A stretch of DNA of 64,000 nt. Origin: Lophium mytilinum. Lineage: Eukaryota. The notes under the pieces are model-generated. The model worked only from the letters and a program-made list of their open reading frames with translations, did no database searches and was not told the origin of the DNA. The position numbers and the translations under genes were made by a program. The DNA is taken from contig MU004196.1 of NCBI GenBank assembly GCA_010093605.1, forward strand, positions 146,606 through 210,605. The letters run 5' to 3'. Below, piece by piece: positions 9,210-20,483 of this stretch (position 1 is its first letter; every line of letters starts with the position of its first letter).

Positions 9210-12200
9210 ATGTGGAGCGCCGCTGTCTTGCTTCTGGCGGTGGTAGTGGCCGCAGCACCTCAGGTCAATTACCCCTTCAACTCGCAAGTTCCACCCGTTG
9301 CATATGTCGGAAAACCCTTCAGCTTTCAATTCGCCTCGACCACATTCGAACCTCAATCAGAGAATTTGCAATATTCTCTGACGGACAACCCTTCTTGGCT
9401 TTCTCTGGACGGCGCGACCAGAACTCTATGGGGATCCCCAGGACCCAACGATGCAGGGTCTAAGACTTTCATTATCACTGCTGCCGGAGCCGCGGGCGCG
9501 GTAGCCACTATGCAAGCAACAATGATGGTTACGGCATCGGGAGGCCCTGCTGCCAGCGCGAATGTGTCCGACGTTCTTGCAAAGGCCGGAAACTTGTCAG
9601 GGCCCTCTAGTCTAGCCCTCTTGGCCGCCAAGCCATTTGACTTCAAGTTTCCGCCAAACACCTTCACGGACGCCGGGAAGCCTCTGTCATACTACGCAAC
9701 CTTGTCTGATCACACGCCCTTGCCATCGTGGATCGCCTTTGACGGAGGGTCTCTTCATTTCTCTGGCACAACTCCTCAGCTATCGACGTCACCACAGACC
9801 TTCGAGATAAACCTCATGGCCTCAGATGTCCCGAATTATGCTGAGGCTTGGGTAACTTTCTCGCTCGTCGTGAGCAATCACGAGCTTCTTTTCAGTCCCT
9901 GGAGGCAGACAGTATCAGCACCGAAAGGCGATGCGATCAGCTTCGCTGCACTCCGTAGTCACTTGAGTCTGGACGGGAACCAGATCGCCGATGGAGATGT
10001 CCAGAGTGTGACGACCGACGCGCCATCATGGCTTTCGTTTGACTCCCACACGTTTGCTTTGACGGGCAAACCTCCGACTGGGCTGATGTCGCAAGAAGTC
10101 ACCGTAATTGCTAAAGACACTTATGGTGACACTGCGAATACGACAATTCATTTCTCGTTCGTATCGCCTTTGTTCAACGGAGAGATTGGACAAGTAAATG
10201 CTACTGTAGGCAAGGACTTCACCCATATACTGGATCACTCCATCCTCGGTCAAGAAGACGAGACTACTTCTGTCGAGCTTGGAAACGCGGCCACGTGGCT
10301 CAGCTACGATTCTGCAAATCTAACTATCCATGGGGAAATCCCAACAGGTACTACTCCACAAGATATCCAGGCTACATTGACAGCGAAGAGTAAGGACGGA
10401 TCTAGCCATGATTCTCAGACTTTCAACATACATATCTCTGCCTTCGACGCCAAAGATCCGACAGCTGGAACGCCCAAATCATCGAATGAAAACCCGGTCA
10501 ATTCCAATGCCGCTTCTGGAAAGGACAAGGAAGCAAACCAGCACTTCTCTAAAAGAACTGCTATCATCATTGGAGCTGTTGTTGGCGGTGTGGTACTGCT
10601 GACTGCGATCTTGGTCCTGGCCATTCTACTTTGCAGACGTCGGCGACAGAAGCAGCCCAAATCCTCGCCACGGCCGGAGATTTCGAGACCAATCACGCAT
10701 TTGGATGAATGGGAAGACATCGAAGATGTTAGTTCTAGCCCTACGCGAGACCTTGAGAAAGGAGAGGTTCGGGAAGTTCGAGAGCGGACACCGGAGCACC
10801 CTCCTCAACTCGCATTGAACCTGCCGGCTGCATCTCCAAAACATAAGAAGAATATGTCAACTGGATGTAGCTCTATCGGAGACGGCGAAGCAAAGATCCT
10901 TGAGGACTTTGATCGCTCATCTTGGGGCTACAAGGAAGAAATGGGATCGTTGCATAACCCACACGACTCGATGAAGATACCGACAGAGATAGCACGTATA
11001 TCTCGAGGCATATCCATGTCACAAAGCTCCGGTACGCCTACTAAGCGACGTCGCCAAACAACGCCCGTTTATCGCGACTCGTATCGAAGTAGCGGAAGGC
11101 CTGTAAATCGTCGTCTTACTGGCCTCGGACATGGCCGCAGTCCTTATTCTCCTTCTCGGAGCATGAGCAGTTGGTCAGCCGCTCGACGTCCACGCGACCA
11201 CACAAGCTTCGGCTCTTACAGTACACAGTCAACTAGCATGCTCTCAACGACACCGTCCGCCTTCCCTCAACCTCCATCTGCGCGCCAAACGGCCCAGTAT
11301 ATGACGACTGCGGATAAGCGTCGAAGCATTCGCGTTGTTTCCACAACCAGCGACAATGTCCCGGATCGGAGAACGTTAGACGAAAGACGCCGAAGCTACA
11401 TCAAGAAGCGCGCATCAAATCTGTCGCCGTTCTTTGCGGCTGGCTCTCGAGCATCGTCCTCTAGCTACAAGCCTCCAGTGATTCCATCTGACCCGGGACC
11501 ATCCAGCTTGGTGGACGCGGCCGCATCAACATCGGCTGCCATCGTCAGACCATCAGAGCCTGTACAGCAGAGAGACAGAAAGGAGTTCGCCGGCAGTCTT
11601 CGAACCCAGTCTGCGTCAACGTCATTGGCTTTCGGGTTCACAAAGGGCGAATTTCCAGGAAGTCTCCGCAAGCAACCAACCCATAGGTCTTTCGCACCCA
11701 CCTATTCTAGTACAGCTTCGGCTGGCCGCATCCAGAAACGAGAACGTCCCAGTTCATGGCGTCGTGGCATAGCCGATGGCTACACACGCCCAGTCAGTCG
11801 ATCCAACACGGGGGAAAGTATTCGCAGCCATGACATAAACTACAGCCTAGGGACCCTCCGCAGTAGTAAGATCTTTGAGGATGCCGAAATGAGCGAGAGC
11901 GTCTACTCAGTCGATTCCGATGCAGAGGACGATACCTTTGGTGAGAAAGAGACCCAATTCGTGCTCCCGCCCCTAAGAATCAACCACGCTCGCAAGAGCA
12001 ACAGAGAGAGCAGGACTTCAAGGCGTGTCAGCAAAGCGCTGACGCTAGACCCCGAGCACGGCGGCAAGGAGAACAGATACTCAGGCCCCGGCCCCATATC
12101 CACTACCAACGCGCCCCTCCGAAGCAACAACGACAAAGGCAAAGCCAGAGCCAGAGACACCATCACCGCCTCCCCGGAGCGCCACTCCCACTCCTCAAAA

Positions 12201-12902
12201 CGCACCACCCAGATCCGCCACCGCCGCTCCCCCTCGCGCGCTCAATCCAGCACCTCCCAAACCTCAAACCGCCCCTCTTCCTCCCGCCACTCCCGCAAAC
12301 CCTCATCCAGCACGACGAAATCCCACAAACGCGACCACTCCCGCACCCAGTCCTCTGCGTATCCGTACTTCGAAGCGCCCCCCGTCCCGCTGCCGCTCAA
12401 CATATCTCGCCAGTCCCAGTCTACGTCTCACACCCGCCACAGCGCCTCGAAGCGTCTTACACAGCATCGCACCCCCTCCTCCCTCCTCCCGCGCTCTCAA
12501 AGCGGGAATATAACCAACTACGCGCTCCACGAGTCTCCAGAGCTCGAGATTCTGGACCCGCGGCGCAGCATTGCGGTGCCTATTACCCAAGCGCAACGCA
12601 GTAGTGCAAGGGATCTTCTTGGTGGCGATAGTCCGACCGTGGGCTTTGGCGAGCTCGGGGGCTTGGGGCTAGGGTTGCGGGTGGAGGTTGACACGTCGGA
12701 GCGGGAGAGAACGCCGCTGGGGAAGATCGCAGGGGCGAATGGAACTATGGATGGGAATGGGAGTGGGAGCGAGAGATTGAGGGTTGTGGAGGGGAAAGGG
12801 CGTAGGCCTGTGAGTGTGGAGGTTAGGGAGGAAAGGGGGCGGAGGGGGTGGGGGAGCTTGAAGGCGGTTATGAGGGGGGGTGGGAGTGAGGCGTTTTTGT
12901 AG
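9210..12902 (+). CDS. AXL2: Axl2/Bud10-like polarity landmark: signal peptide, cadherin-like (CADG/He_PIG) repeats, one TM helix, long Ser/Arg-rich cytoplasmic tail
   Basis: N-terminus PQVNYPFNSQVPPVAYVGKPFSFQF, repeated PSWLS(F/L)D...L.G.P units, TM AIIIGAVVGGVVLLTAILVLAILLC followed by RRRR, and an ISRP motif. Confidence 0.9.
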   Translation: MWSAAVLLLAVVVAAAPQVNYPFNSQVPPVAYVGKPFSFQFASTTFEPQSENLQYSLTDNPSWLSLDGATRTLWGSPGPNDAGSKTFIITAAGAAGAVATMQATMMVTASGGPAASANVSDVLAKAGNLSGPSSLALLAAKPFDFKFPPNTFTDAGKPLSYYATLSDHTPLPSWIAFDGGSLHFSGTTPQLSTSPQTFEINLMASDVPNYAEAWVTFSLVVSNHELLFSPWRQTVSAPKGDAISFAALRSHLSLDGNQIADGDVQSVTTDAPSWLSFDSHTFALTGKPPTGLMSQEVTVIAKDTYGDTANTTIHFSFVSPLFNGEIGQVNATVGKDFTHILDHSILGQEDETTSVELGNAATWLSYDSANLTIHGEIPTGTTPQDIQATLTAKSKDGSSHDSQTFNIHISAFDAKDPTAGTPKSSNENPVNSNAASGKDKEANQHFSKRTAIIIGAVVGGVVLLTAILVLAILLCRRRRQKQPKSSPRPEISRPITHLDEWEDIEDVSSSPTRDLEKGEVREVRERTPEHPPQLALNLPAASPKHKKNMSTGCSSIGDGEAKILEDFDRSSWGYKEEMGSLHNPHDSMKIPTEIARISRGISMSQSSGTPTKRRRQTTPVYRDSYRSSGRPVNRRLTGLGHGRSPYSPSRSMSSWSAARRPRDHTSFGSYSTQSTSMLSTTPSAFPQPPSARQTAQYMTTADKRRSIRVVSTTSDNVPDRRTLDERRRSYIKKRASNLSPFFAAGSRASSSSYKPPVIPSDPGPSSLVDAAASTSAAIVRPSEPVQQRDRKEFAGSLRTQSASTSLAFGFTKGEFPGSLRKQPTHRSFAPTYSSTASAGRIQKRERPSSWRRGIADGYTRPVSRSNTGESIRSHDINYSLGTLRSSKIFEDAEMSESVYSVDSDAEDDTFGEKETQFVLPPLRINHARKSNRESRTSRRVSKALTLDPEHGGKENRYSGPGPISTTNAPLRSNNDKGKARARDTITASPERHSHSSKRTTQIRHRRSPSRAQSSTSQTSNRPSSSRHSRKPSSSTTKSHKRDHSRTQSSAYPYFEAPPVPLPLNISRQSQSTSHTRHSASKRLTQHRTPSSLLPRSQSGNITNYALHESPELEILDPRRSIAVPITQAQRSSARDLLGGDSPTVGFGELGGLGLGLRVEVDTSERERTPLGKIAGANGTMDGNGSGSERLRVVEGKGRRPVSVEVREERGRRGWGSLKAVMRGGGSEAFL

Positions 12903-13453
12903 GCTTGAAGGGGGACAAGGTAGTGTACACGCGTGGGGTTGCAGTGCTGGTTCGGTGCTTCGGTTATGAGATTGAAATGAATGCGCGATATCGGGTTGAT
13001 TGGAAGGTTCCCTAGGTCAGCTCTTTGGGGTTTCTAGCTTTCAAATCTCACAACAGCAACATCTTGAAGGCTAAGGATTTTGAGAACGGTGATCTTTGAT
13101 TAGTTCAGTCCATTTGATCGATTATACGTGGTTTGTTCATAAAGTCATGTCATCCCTTGTGACACCCGTGAAAAGAGAAAGGAAAGAAGAAGCTGGCTTA
13201 AAAGCCCATCACCTCCAATCCCTTCCGTCAATCAATCAGAATCGTACAAGAATCCACTACCGCCATCGTGGGGAGAAGAGTGGGAATAAGGAACATCCCA
13301 TCTTGACCGATTCAGAACAAAATGATCATAGCTGCCAGAGCAAGACCGGCCTTGCCCGACATAATTATGCCATTCCATTCCATTCGCACGTACGTCCCTT
13401 CTCAGCAGTGTATATCCCGTGTATAGTGCCGGAGGGGACAGTGCAGACGCCCG

Positions 13454-14341
13454 CTACAATTTCTTGGTAGCGGCATCGTCCTCGTCGACGGAGCCGGCGG
13501 AATTGGTGGTGGAGGCTTTCTCGAGGTCTTCGCCGACCAGGGCGCTGGCGCCGTGGAGGCTCTCTTCGAAGACGGGCTCCTGTTCGACGACCTCGAACTT
13601 GGTCTTGAAGTCCTTGAGGCCGGCGGCGTGAGTGCTGCTGTTGGAGCGGCGACGCGGGTTGGTCAGGTTGTAGGAGTAGTCTTCGATCTCGTCACCCTCG
13701 CGGCCCCTGAGAGAGGACCTGTTAGTGAGGTGAAGCTTGAGGTTGGAGAGATGTGATTGGGGTGCAATGCCTCATCATGGTCTGTGTTCACTTCTCGCTA
13801 CTGTCGTAGGTGCCTCAATGCTCGATGGAATCTGGAGTGACTCGCTTTTGACAGCGGGAGACCCGTCAGACTACATCGAGTAGTAGCGGAGAAGTGTACA
13901 CAAACTCATGATGGAGGCACTGTATGAGAGCTACCGGGGGAGAGGGGGTTCAACATGACGTACCAGTTGCCTTTACCAGCACCGTTCTTCTTGGTCTTGT
14001 TGGGTTCAGCGTCGGCGTGGCCAGCTTTGGCAAAGTAGCGGGGGAGATGGTCTTCATGCTCAGAGGTGCCATCGGCAATGGCGGAGTGGTCGCGGTCGTT
14101 TCTAGAAGCATGAATTACGTACTACGTAAACAACGTCAACAATACGTACTGCTTGTGGGATCGAGTCACTATAGAAGAGTATCAGCATTGTTTGACGTGA
14201 TTGAGATGAAAGAGTGTCTATGGAAGCTCCAATAAGCTCCCAAACAAGCACGAGCTAGCTGAAGGAGGCGAGTCGGATGGTAGGGAATTCGTGATGCAAT
14301 ATCAATGGTACACGGGGAGCATGGGACGGGGAGGACATACT
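13454..14341 (-). CDS. STF2: Stf2/Tma10-like small hydrophilic protein (HABP4/PAI-RBP1-type motif); 4 exons, missed by the ORF track
   Basis: Spliced product MTRSHKQNDRDHSAIADGTSEHEDHLPRYFAKAGHADAEPNKTKKNGAGKGNWGREGDEIEDYSYNLTNPRRRSNSS...KKL. KKxGxGKGNWGxxGDE and RRxSN match yeast Stf2. Introns at 14169-14340, about 14102-14149 and 13707-13963. Confidence 0.85.
13765..13922 (-). other. Long intronic RNA hairpin (about 38-bp outer stem) in intron 3 of the STF2-like gene
   Basis: Arms 13765-13802 and 13882-13922 are near reverse complements. Inner stems CTCGATG/CATCGAG and TCTG/CAGA. Confidence 0.75.
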
Positions 14342-16267
14342 GTTGAAGTTGTAGTGTGTTTGAGAGTTGGGTATGAGTGTTTGCAGATGTGAGGGAATCG
14401 TGAGCTGATGTAGTAGTTAGCCAGGCACAGGCTATGGCGGAATGAGATCGGTCATAAGGTGCTCTCGTGACCCCTCCGCATTGACCAACCACGGTGGGGT
14501 GAAGCTTTGATGGTTCCACCGGAGCTGGAGTCTTGGGCCGCGTACCTTGCAGATGATGGAGCGGCGATGACGACGGGAGTCACAGCAGACGATGGTGTTT
14601 GTGTGTGGTGTTGAAGAGCAGAGATAAGCACGCAAGATTGGTTGATGTAGGACAAAGCAGCTCCCCTCAGCACGTCTCACGCGAGTCGTTGCTTCAGGAG
14701 CGGGGTCGAATTCCCGCGTGGAAGGGCCAGGAATGCCCGTAGTGCACTCGATGCGGCAGGAATATGCTAGGCTCGGTGGTTTACATTCAATTCACGCATC
14801 AACGGGTGGATGGGCGGATGCCGCTGAGGCCGACGGAGCTGTTTGCACTGGACTACAGCTTCTTGTGGTCTCTGGAAGGCCTCAATGTCACTAAATAGCA
14901 TCCGAATCGTTTAATTGATCAGCGGGCAAGCTCGCCGGTCCATCTCAGACTGTGGGAGAGTGGTGGACCCAGAATGGACGTGTCCTGTAGCTCACATTGT
15001 CGGTCTCTTCAAACAGGGTCCAAGAGAAACAAAGACACAAAGACCAGCATTGACCGATTGTTTCGCAGCCCTGTCAAGACTGGCGAGCTCTGCCTGTTGT
15101 TGATAACGCCGCAGCCGCACTCCCTGAAGCTGTACAGGCTGTGGATTGGTGGTGGAGTGCCCGTGGGACTCAGGTACAGACGATCCTGGGGATGCTACGT
15201 CATCGCCAATTGCAACAGTTTGGCGTTGATGAGGCATTGGCGGTGGTGCCATGGCTCTCATGGAGCTCGCACCTTTTGGACTCTCATACCTAGAAAGTTT
15301 CCAGCAGATGGGAGGACTGTGGACTTCAACTGCGGGTCGTCTTCAGCTGAGGTGACTGAGGTGCTGAGTTTCCCCAGATTCTCGGCCTTAGCGTGAGCAC
15401 GGCCGTTCTAGCGCCTTCGTGGCGTGGTCTTGTGCCTGGTGTGCCTCCAAACCTCTCCCGCGTCCATCACAGCTTTTCCGAATATCGCCGTCTGGGGTGG
15501 CTAGGTGAGCATCCGGCTTCAAAGTGCTTGAGATACAGGCCTCGCAAATCTTGAAAAGGAGCTGAGGCACCTCAGACCGTCTAAGACAGGTGTGTACAGT
15601 CCCATGGTGACCAGGGATTCTATTCAGACCACAGAATGAAGAGCCTTTGTGGAAACTCTGTTCACTCAGCTCTCGAGTAGTTAACAGCATGAAGTAATCG
15701 TAGTACCCAGCGCGTCCAGTCGTACCCCTACATAAATGTTCTGAACTTGTGCATGCCACACTCCGCAGTCTACAAAAGTCGCATTCCAATATCCTCAGGT
15801 AGACAAATGTCAACTATGTACTAATGACTAAGTCTAATAATATACCGTGTTCGTAGTAGATGCTTCAGACGTAGTAAATACTTCAGAGACACTGTGAATC
15901 TCAGGCCGAATCAGGCAGCTTTGGGAATCCGCGTGACCGTGAGGGCCTAGTCCCGTGACTTCTCGAAAGCGGCCCTTCCATACAGGCAGGTATTCACACG
16001 TCCACACAAACAGATCTACTGATTCCCGATCAGAAACCCTTCCTGCATGCAAAACGACACCTCACCACCTCATCCACCCTGCCACCGTCCACGTCAGTCG
16101 TGCATCAATGATAGCGTTGGCAGTTTAACCACCAAAGTTCCAGGTAAAACGTCCCCGCTAAGCTCTGAAGGCGGTAAGCCCCTGCGACTCGCGGTTTCCA
16201 GAATCGAATCCAAACATCGTAACCAAAGGAGGAGACGCGCCTTCGACCCGCCTTCACCAACCTCATC

Positions 16268-19200
16268 ATGTTTTCGCCGGACTCCACCATCAATAGCCTG
16301 CACGGGTCCGTCTCGCGAAACCCTCGACGCCGCCAGCGCAAAGATTCCGATAGCGTGCGCCTGCAGCCCCATCGAAAGCGCAACAAGCTCTCGGAGGAGT
16401 CCTTTGTATCTCCGTCAGCCGTAAAAGTCAATGGAAATGGTTCAGCGGTGATGAATGGCCATGCTAGCCATGCTGATGGAGAGACTACATTCGTGTCCAT
16501 GGACATGCCGGTTCGCGAGAAGAAATTGACGGGAAAGCGGGCGCATAAGGATGACGGCAGCATCCTTTTGGTCAGTATCTCTTGCGTCGCAACTGAACTA
16601 CGACACCGAAGCTAATCTCATATTCCTTACAGAGTAAGAGTGCAAACCACAGCGTCAAGAAGCTACCGGGTTTCCCTACTCGTCTCAGCCAAAACCCAGC
16701 TGGTATGTGTTGGCATCCGTCTACTTGCGTCCACGCTAACAACGCTTTCTCGCAGTACCCTATCGAGCCTTCATCCTCCCTTCAATCGGCTATGCGCTTG
16801 CGCTGACTCACGAACACGCTCTTGGATGGGACTATACTTCGTCATCGGCGCCCTCAAAAGTCCACGCCTTGCCTTTGTCCTTCGGCCTAAAGCGCTCAGA
16901 TCCCCTCCCTCTAGGAGCTATCGTACAGAATGGGCCATCCGATGAATTTGGTATGGTTGTGGTTGCACCTACGACCGGCAAAATCACATTCTGGGAAAAC
17001 GTGGACAGTGCCGAAACATTCAGTCGTTTCCCTCAGCGGCACCAAGGCGTTGACGGATCAGTTGGCAAGCTATTTTCCGGCGAGACTATCACCGAGATTG
17101 TGGATATCGAACATGCAGGCTATGCTCTCATCTTCAGCAGCGGCCGAATAGCCCAGTTGACGTTAAGAGATTCGCAAGGCCGCCCGAGCATAAATGTCTA
17201 TCAACTCCAGACTATACGCACCGGTGGCGGGCTATTTGGAGGATTCAAGAACGTACTTGGTGGTGGAATCCGCAAAGAAATTGCTTCCGTCAAGGCTCGC
17301 TCTTCTGAATCGAAGGGCCAAATGGAGATCGTCACTGCAACCACGACCGGCATATTTCAACTCTGGGACCTCAGCTGGGCAGGACAACAAATCTTCAAAC
17401 GCGAAGTGGATGCGCATGCAGAAATCCTCACCACTCTCCTAGGTGCTGTCGCTCCGGAGCAGCAAGGTCGTCAAGATGTCAAGATTCTGGATTTTGCCAT
17501 AATGCAGCACTCTACAGCCGGCACAGAAGTCAGCATTGTCGACACGCGAGACAAAATCGACCTCCTAGTGTTGGTGGCTATGTGGGAGCCTACTTCAATT
17601 AATTATTCCCTGCTGGAGGTGTCCCTGGTGGGAGATACTGGTGTCATCCGTCGAGTTATCCCTATCAATGCTTACCAGCAACCACAACTCCCCAAGGAAC
17701 CAGCTGCAAAGCTCCTGCTACCGCTCCCTGGTCATACTGCACTCATTCAATTCAGTAACGGAATCGTAATGGCGTCGCTGAAGCAACCAGAGGAAACCCC
17801 TGATACTCAATTGATGGTGGATACTGGCAAAGCGCCTGTACCCTATCAAGACACTATGTATTTCCGAAAAGACAAGCAAGTGCGGATCGCAGGGTCTTCG
17901 ATAGAGGAGCCGGCCCGCAAGAGCCGAGGATCAGCGTGCATATTCGTTCTCGGGGGATTCGGCATCATTCGAGTCGCATGCCAGCCTGCGGCCGAAGATC
18001 AAACACGAGTCACTGCCAGGAGTAAGCTGGAGCAAGCAACCTTTTTCAGCAACAGGACGGACCAGATACTAGACTTCTCCATCCGTGGAAGGTACTCCTT
18101 CCCTACCGCTGAGGTGGAACAGGCTGCAACGGCTATCAGTGACGAAGTACTCAAGTCGAGCTCGGAATTCGTTGAGACGGGGCTGTTGTCAATGGAAGAG
18201 CAACTCAAGAAGAGATCCGTTGCTCTTCAGAATCTTGCTTCTCACTTGCGGTCAGACTATCCCCCGTTATCCTTTAGCGTTCGATGGGCACTACTGGAGG
18301 GCGCCGATAGATTGGCTGCTGCGCTCGAGGTATGGAAACACCATGAAGTGCGCGTCAAACTTGGTGAAAAGCATCCAGACAAGTTTGCACAAGAGCCTCT
18401 AATGACTCAGATGCTGGCCTATCTCCATGAGCGCTATAAGACGGAAATGAAGACCGAGATTGGCGAGCGAGACGAAGTTCGAACGTTCTTTGTCAGAGAC
18501 ATCTACCGATTTGAGGTCCTGGTTCCCTGGGCCTTCCACGTTCTGAAGGAGGCTTACAATGTTGGATCAAAGCAGCATGCGCTCTTAGCACAGCTGATCA
18601 GCGAAGCCGATGACTTTGTTCTGACAACCTTCGAGACAGCGTTCGCATTCAGAGAGCAGAATCTCGATCTCTATGGTCTGGATCCCGACTGCTTAGATGA
18701 CGGGATCCTCAAACTCGGCCAGGGGTATAGCCAAATATCGGGAATCTGGACCTCGACACACAACAACGTACAAAGCACAAAGCAACTTGTCGACACAGCA
18801 CGTACTCTGTCTACGAGAATCTCCGATCAGAGTGACACGAATGTCATGAAGCTTGCTGCAGAAAATCCTCGCTTGGTCCGAATCTCTTGTCAAGTTCATA
18901 TGGAGTTTTTCCGCTGGAGCTTGGAGCAATCCAGCGAAAAAATCCGTGCATCTGGCCAGCGACTTCTGCATGAGTTTGAAACAAGAGTTCGACCGGAACT
19001 TATTTTCGAGCTTACAAGTATCGGCCAAGCGACGCAGGGAATGGATCTCGCGGAGAAATACCGTGACATGCCCACGCTCGTGAGAATCATCAAAGCGGAG
19101 CACGACTACTACGCAGAGGAAATGGAACACCCGGGTTTTGTAATGGAGGCGGCGAAGCAGATGAAGAAGCTCCAGAAGCGGATAGCTGGCTACTTTACGA

Positions 19201-20483
19201 AGTACGACAAGGACTTTGCCGAAGCGTATTACACCAACCAAATCGCCAATAACGAGCAGAGTCAAGTGTTCTCGGAAGACTGCTTGAATCAGCCAGCTCT
19301 TACCGCATTCCTGCGTGCGGATCCCGCCCGCGCGAGGCTGGGATGGATGAACGAAATCGCTGGCGAGAAAAACTATGTTGGCGCAGCGACGATGCTGACA
19401 GAAGTCGGCTCTCGTCAGGAATCGAACAATTGGTGCAAAAAGGCGGAGTTGTCGCTGGCCAAGCTTGCATTGCTCTGTGTGAAGCAGAAAGGTGTACCGA
19501 ACCCTCAACTAGAGGAGCTCAAAGTTCGGAACCAGGCTGAGTTGAAGCTGGTCAGCATTCAAGACAAGCTTTACAACCACTTCCGTGAAACCATCTTCAA
19601 GGCTCTGGACGAAGATTCGGCAGTGGGCCTGCTCATGGGTGCTTACGGAGGAATGGTCGAGGAGCAGCCAGCACTACAGCAGCTGCTTAAGCAGAGTTTC
19701 GAAGAGATTATCGCCCATCGAGTCTTAGAGCCACTACTACTAATCGACACGTTGACACTGATCGGCCAGAGTCAGCGGGAAGGAAGCGACGATATCACTG
19801 GGTCAGAATTTTTCATGGCACTGCAGGTGCTGGAGATTTGCCGGCCAGATCTGACACAGGCTGCGTACGAGGACACGCGGAAACTCATCTGGAAGCGATG
19901 CTTCGTTCGTGACGACTGGGAGGTGCTCAACGACACAACGGACAAGGGCGACGCGGAGATTTCACGGGGCGTTATTACGACTATGCTTGGTTGGACTCTG
20001 CGGAAGTTGATCGAATCAACCAGTAAGTTTTTTCCCGAACTTGGCTTTCTTATCTAGGACGAATGATGCTAATCCACACTCGTAGGCGAATGGAGAAGCC
20101 AAGCTCCCGCTCCCAGCGCTGTCACAGGTGCCGGCTGCTCAACCGAAGCACTGGCATCCCGCTTCGCGTCCGAAGACCTCCGCAACCCCATTATCAAGGA
20201 TAATCTCTATGACGAAGACCAGCTGCAAAAATACCTCACCACCTGCCGTCTGGACACGTGGTTCGAGGCGTGCATTACCGCCACGAAGGAACAGATGCAG
20301 CACGAGGTCGAAGAGGAGAAGCTGTTAGCGGCGCAGATGTCGGTGATCAAGACTGGAATTGAGGACAAGGGGCTGTCAGAGAAGGCGTGGGTTGAGATGG
20401 AGGCGCGAGGGGCATCGGAGGCGTTTGAGGGCGACGACGAGGACAGCGTGGGTAATGAGGATACAGAGATGGATGACGAGTGA
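16268..20483 (+). CDS. NUP133: Nucleoporin Nup133; 4 exons
   Basis: N-terminal RNPRRRQR, beta-propeller region (GMVVVAPTTGKITFWENV), helical C-terminal region (LAEKYRDMPTL, LSLAKLA, IWKRCFVRDDW). Introns near 16571-16632, 16703-16755 and 20023-20085. Confidence 0.9.

Noticed and set aside
14698..14718. tRNA T-arm-like hairpin GCGGGGTCGAATTCCCGC
   Set aside because: No acceptor stem, D-arm or anticodon arm could be built around it.
18693..19508. 271-aa antisense ORF, and similar shadow ORFs opposite CK1, CHK1, GLR1 and the Kelch gene
   Set aside because: They lie antisense to well-supported genes and are explained by codon bias. No motifs.
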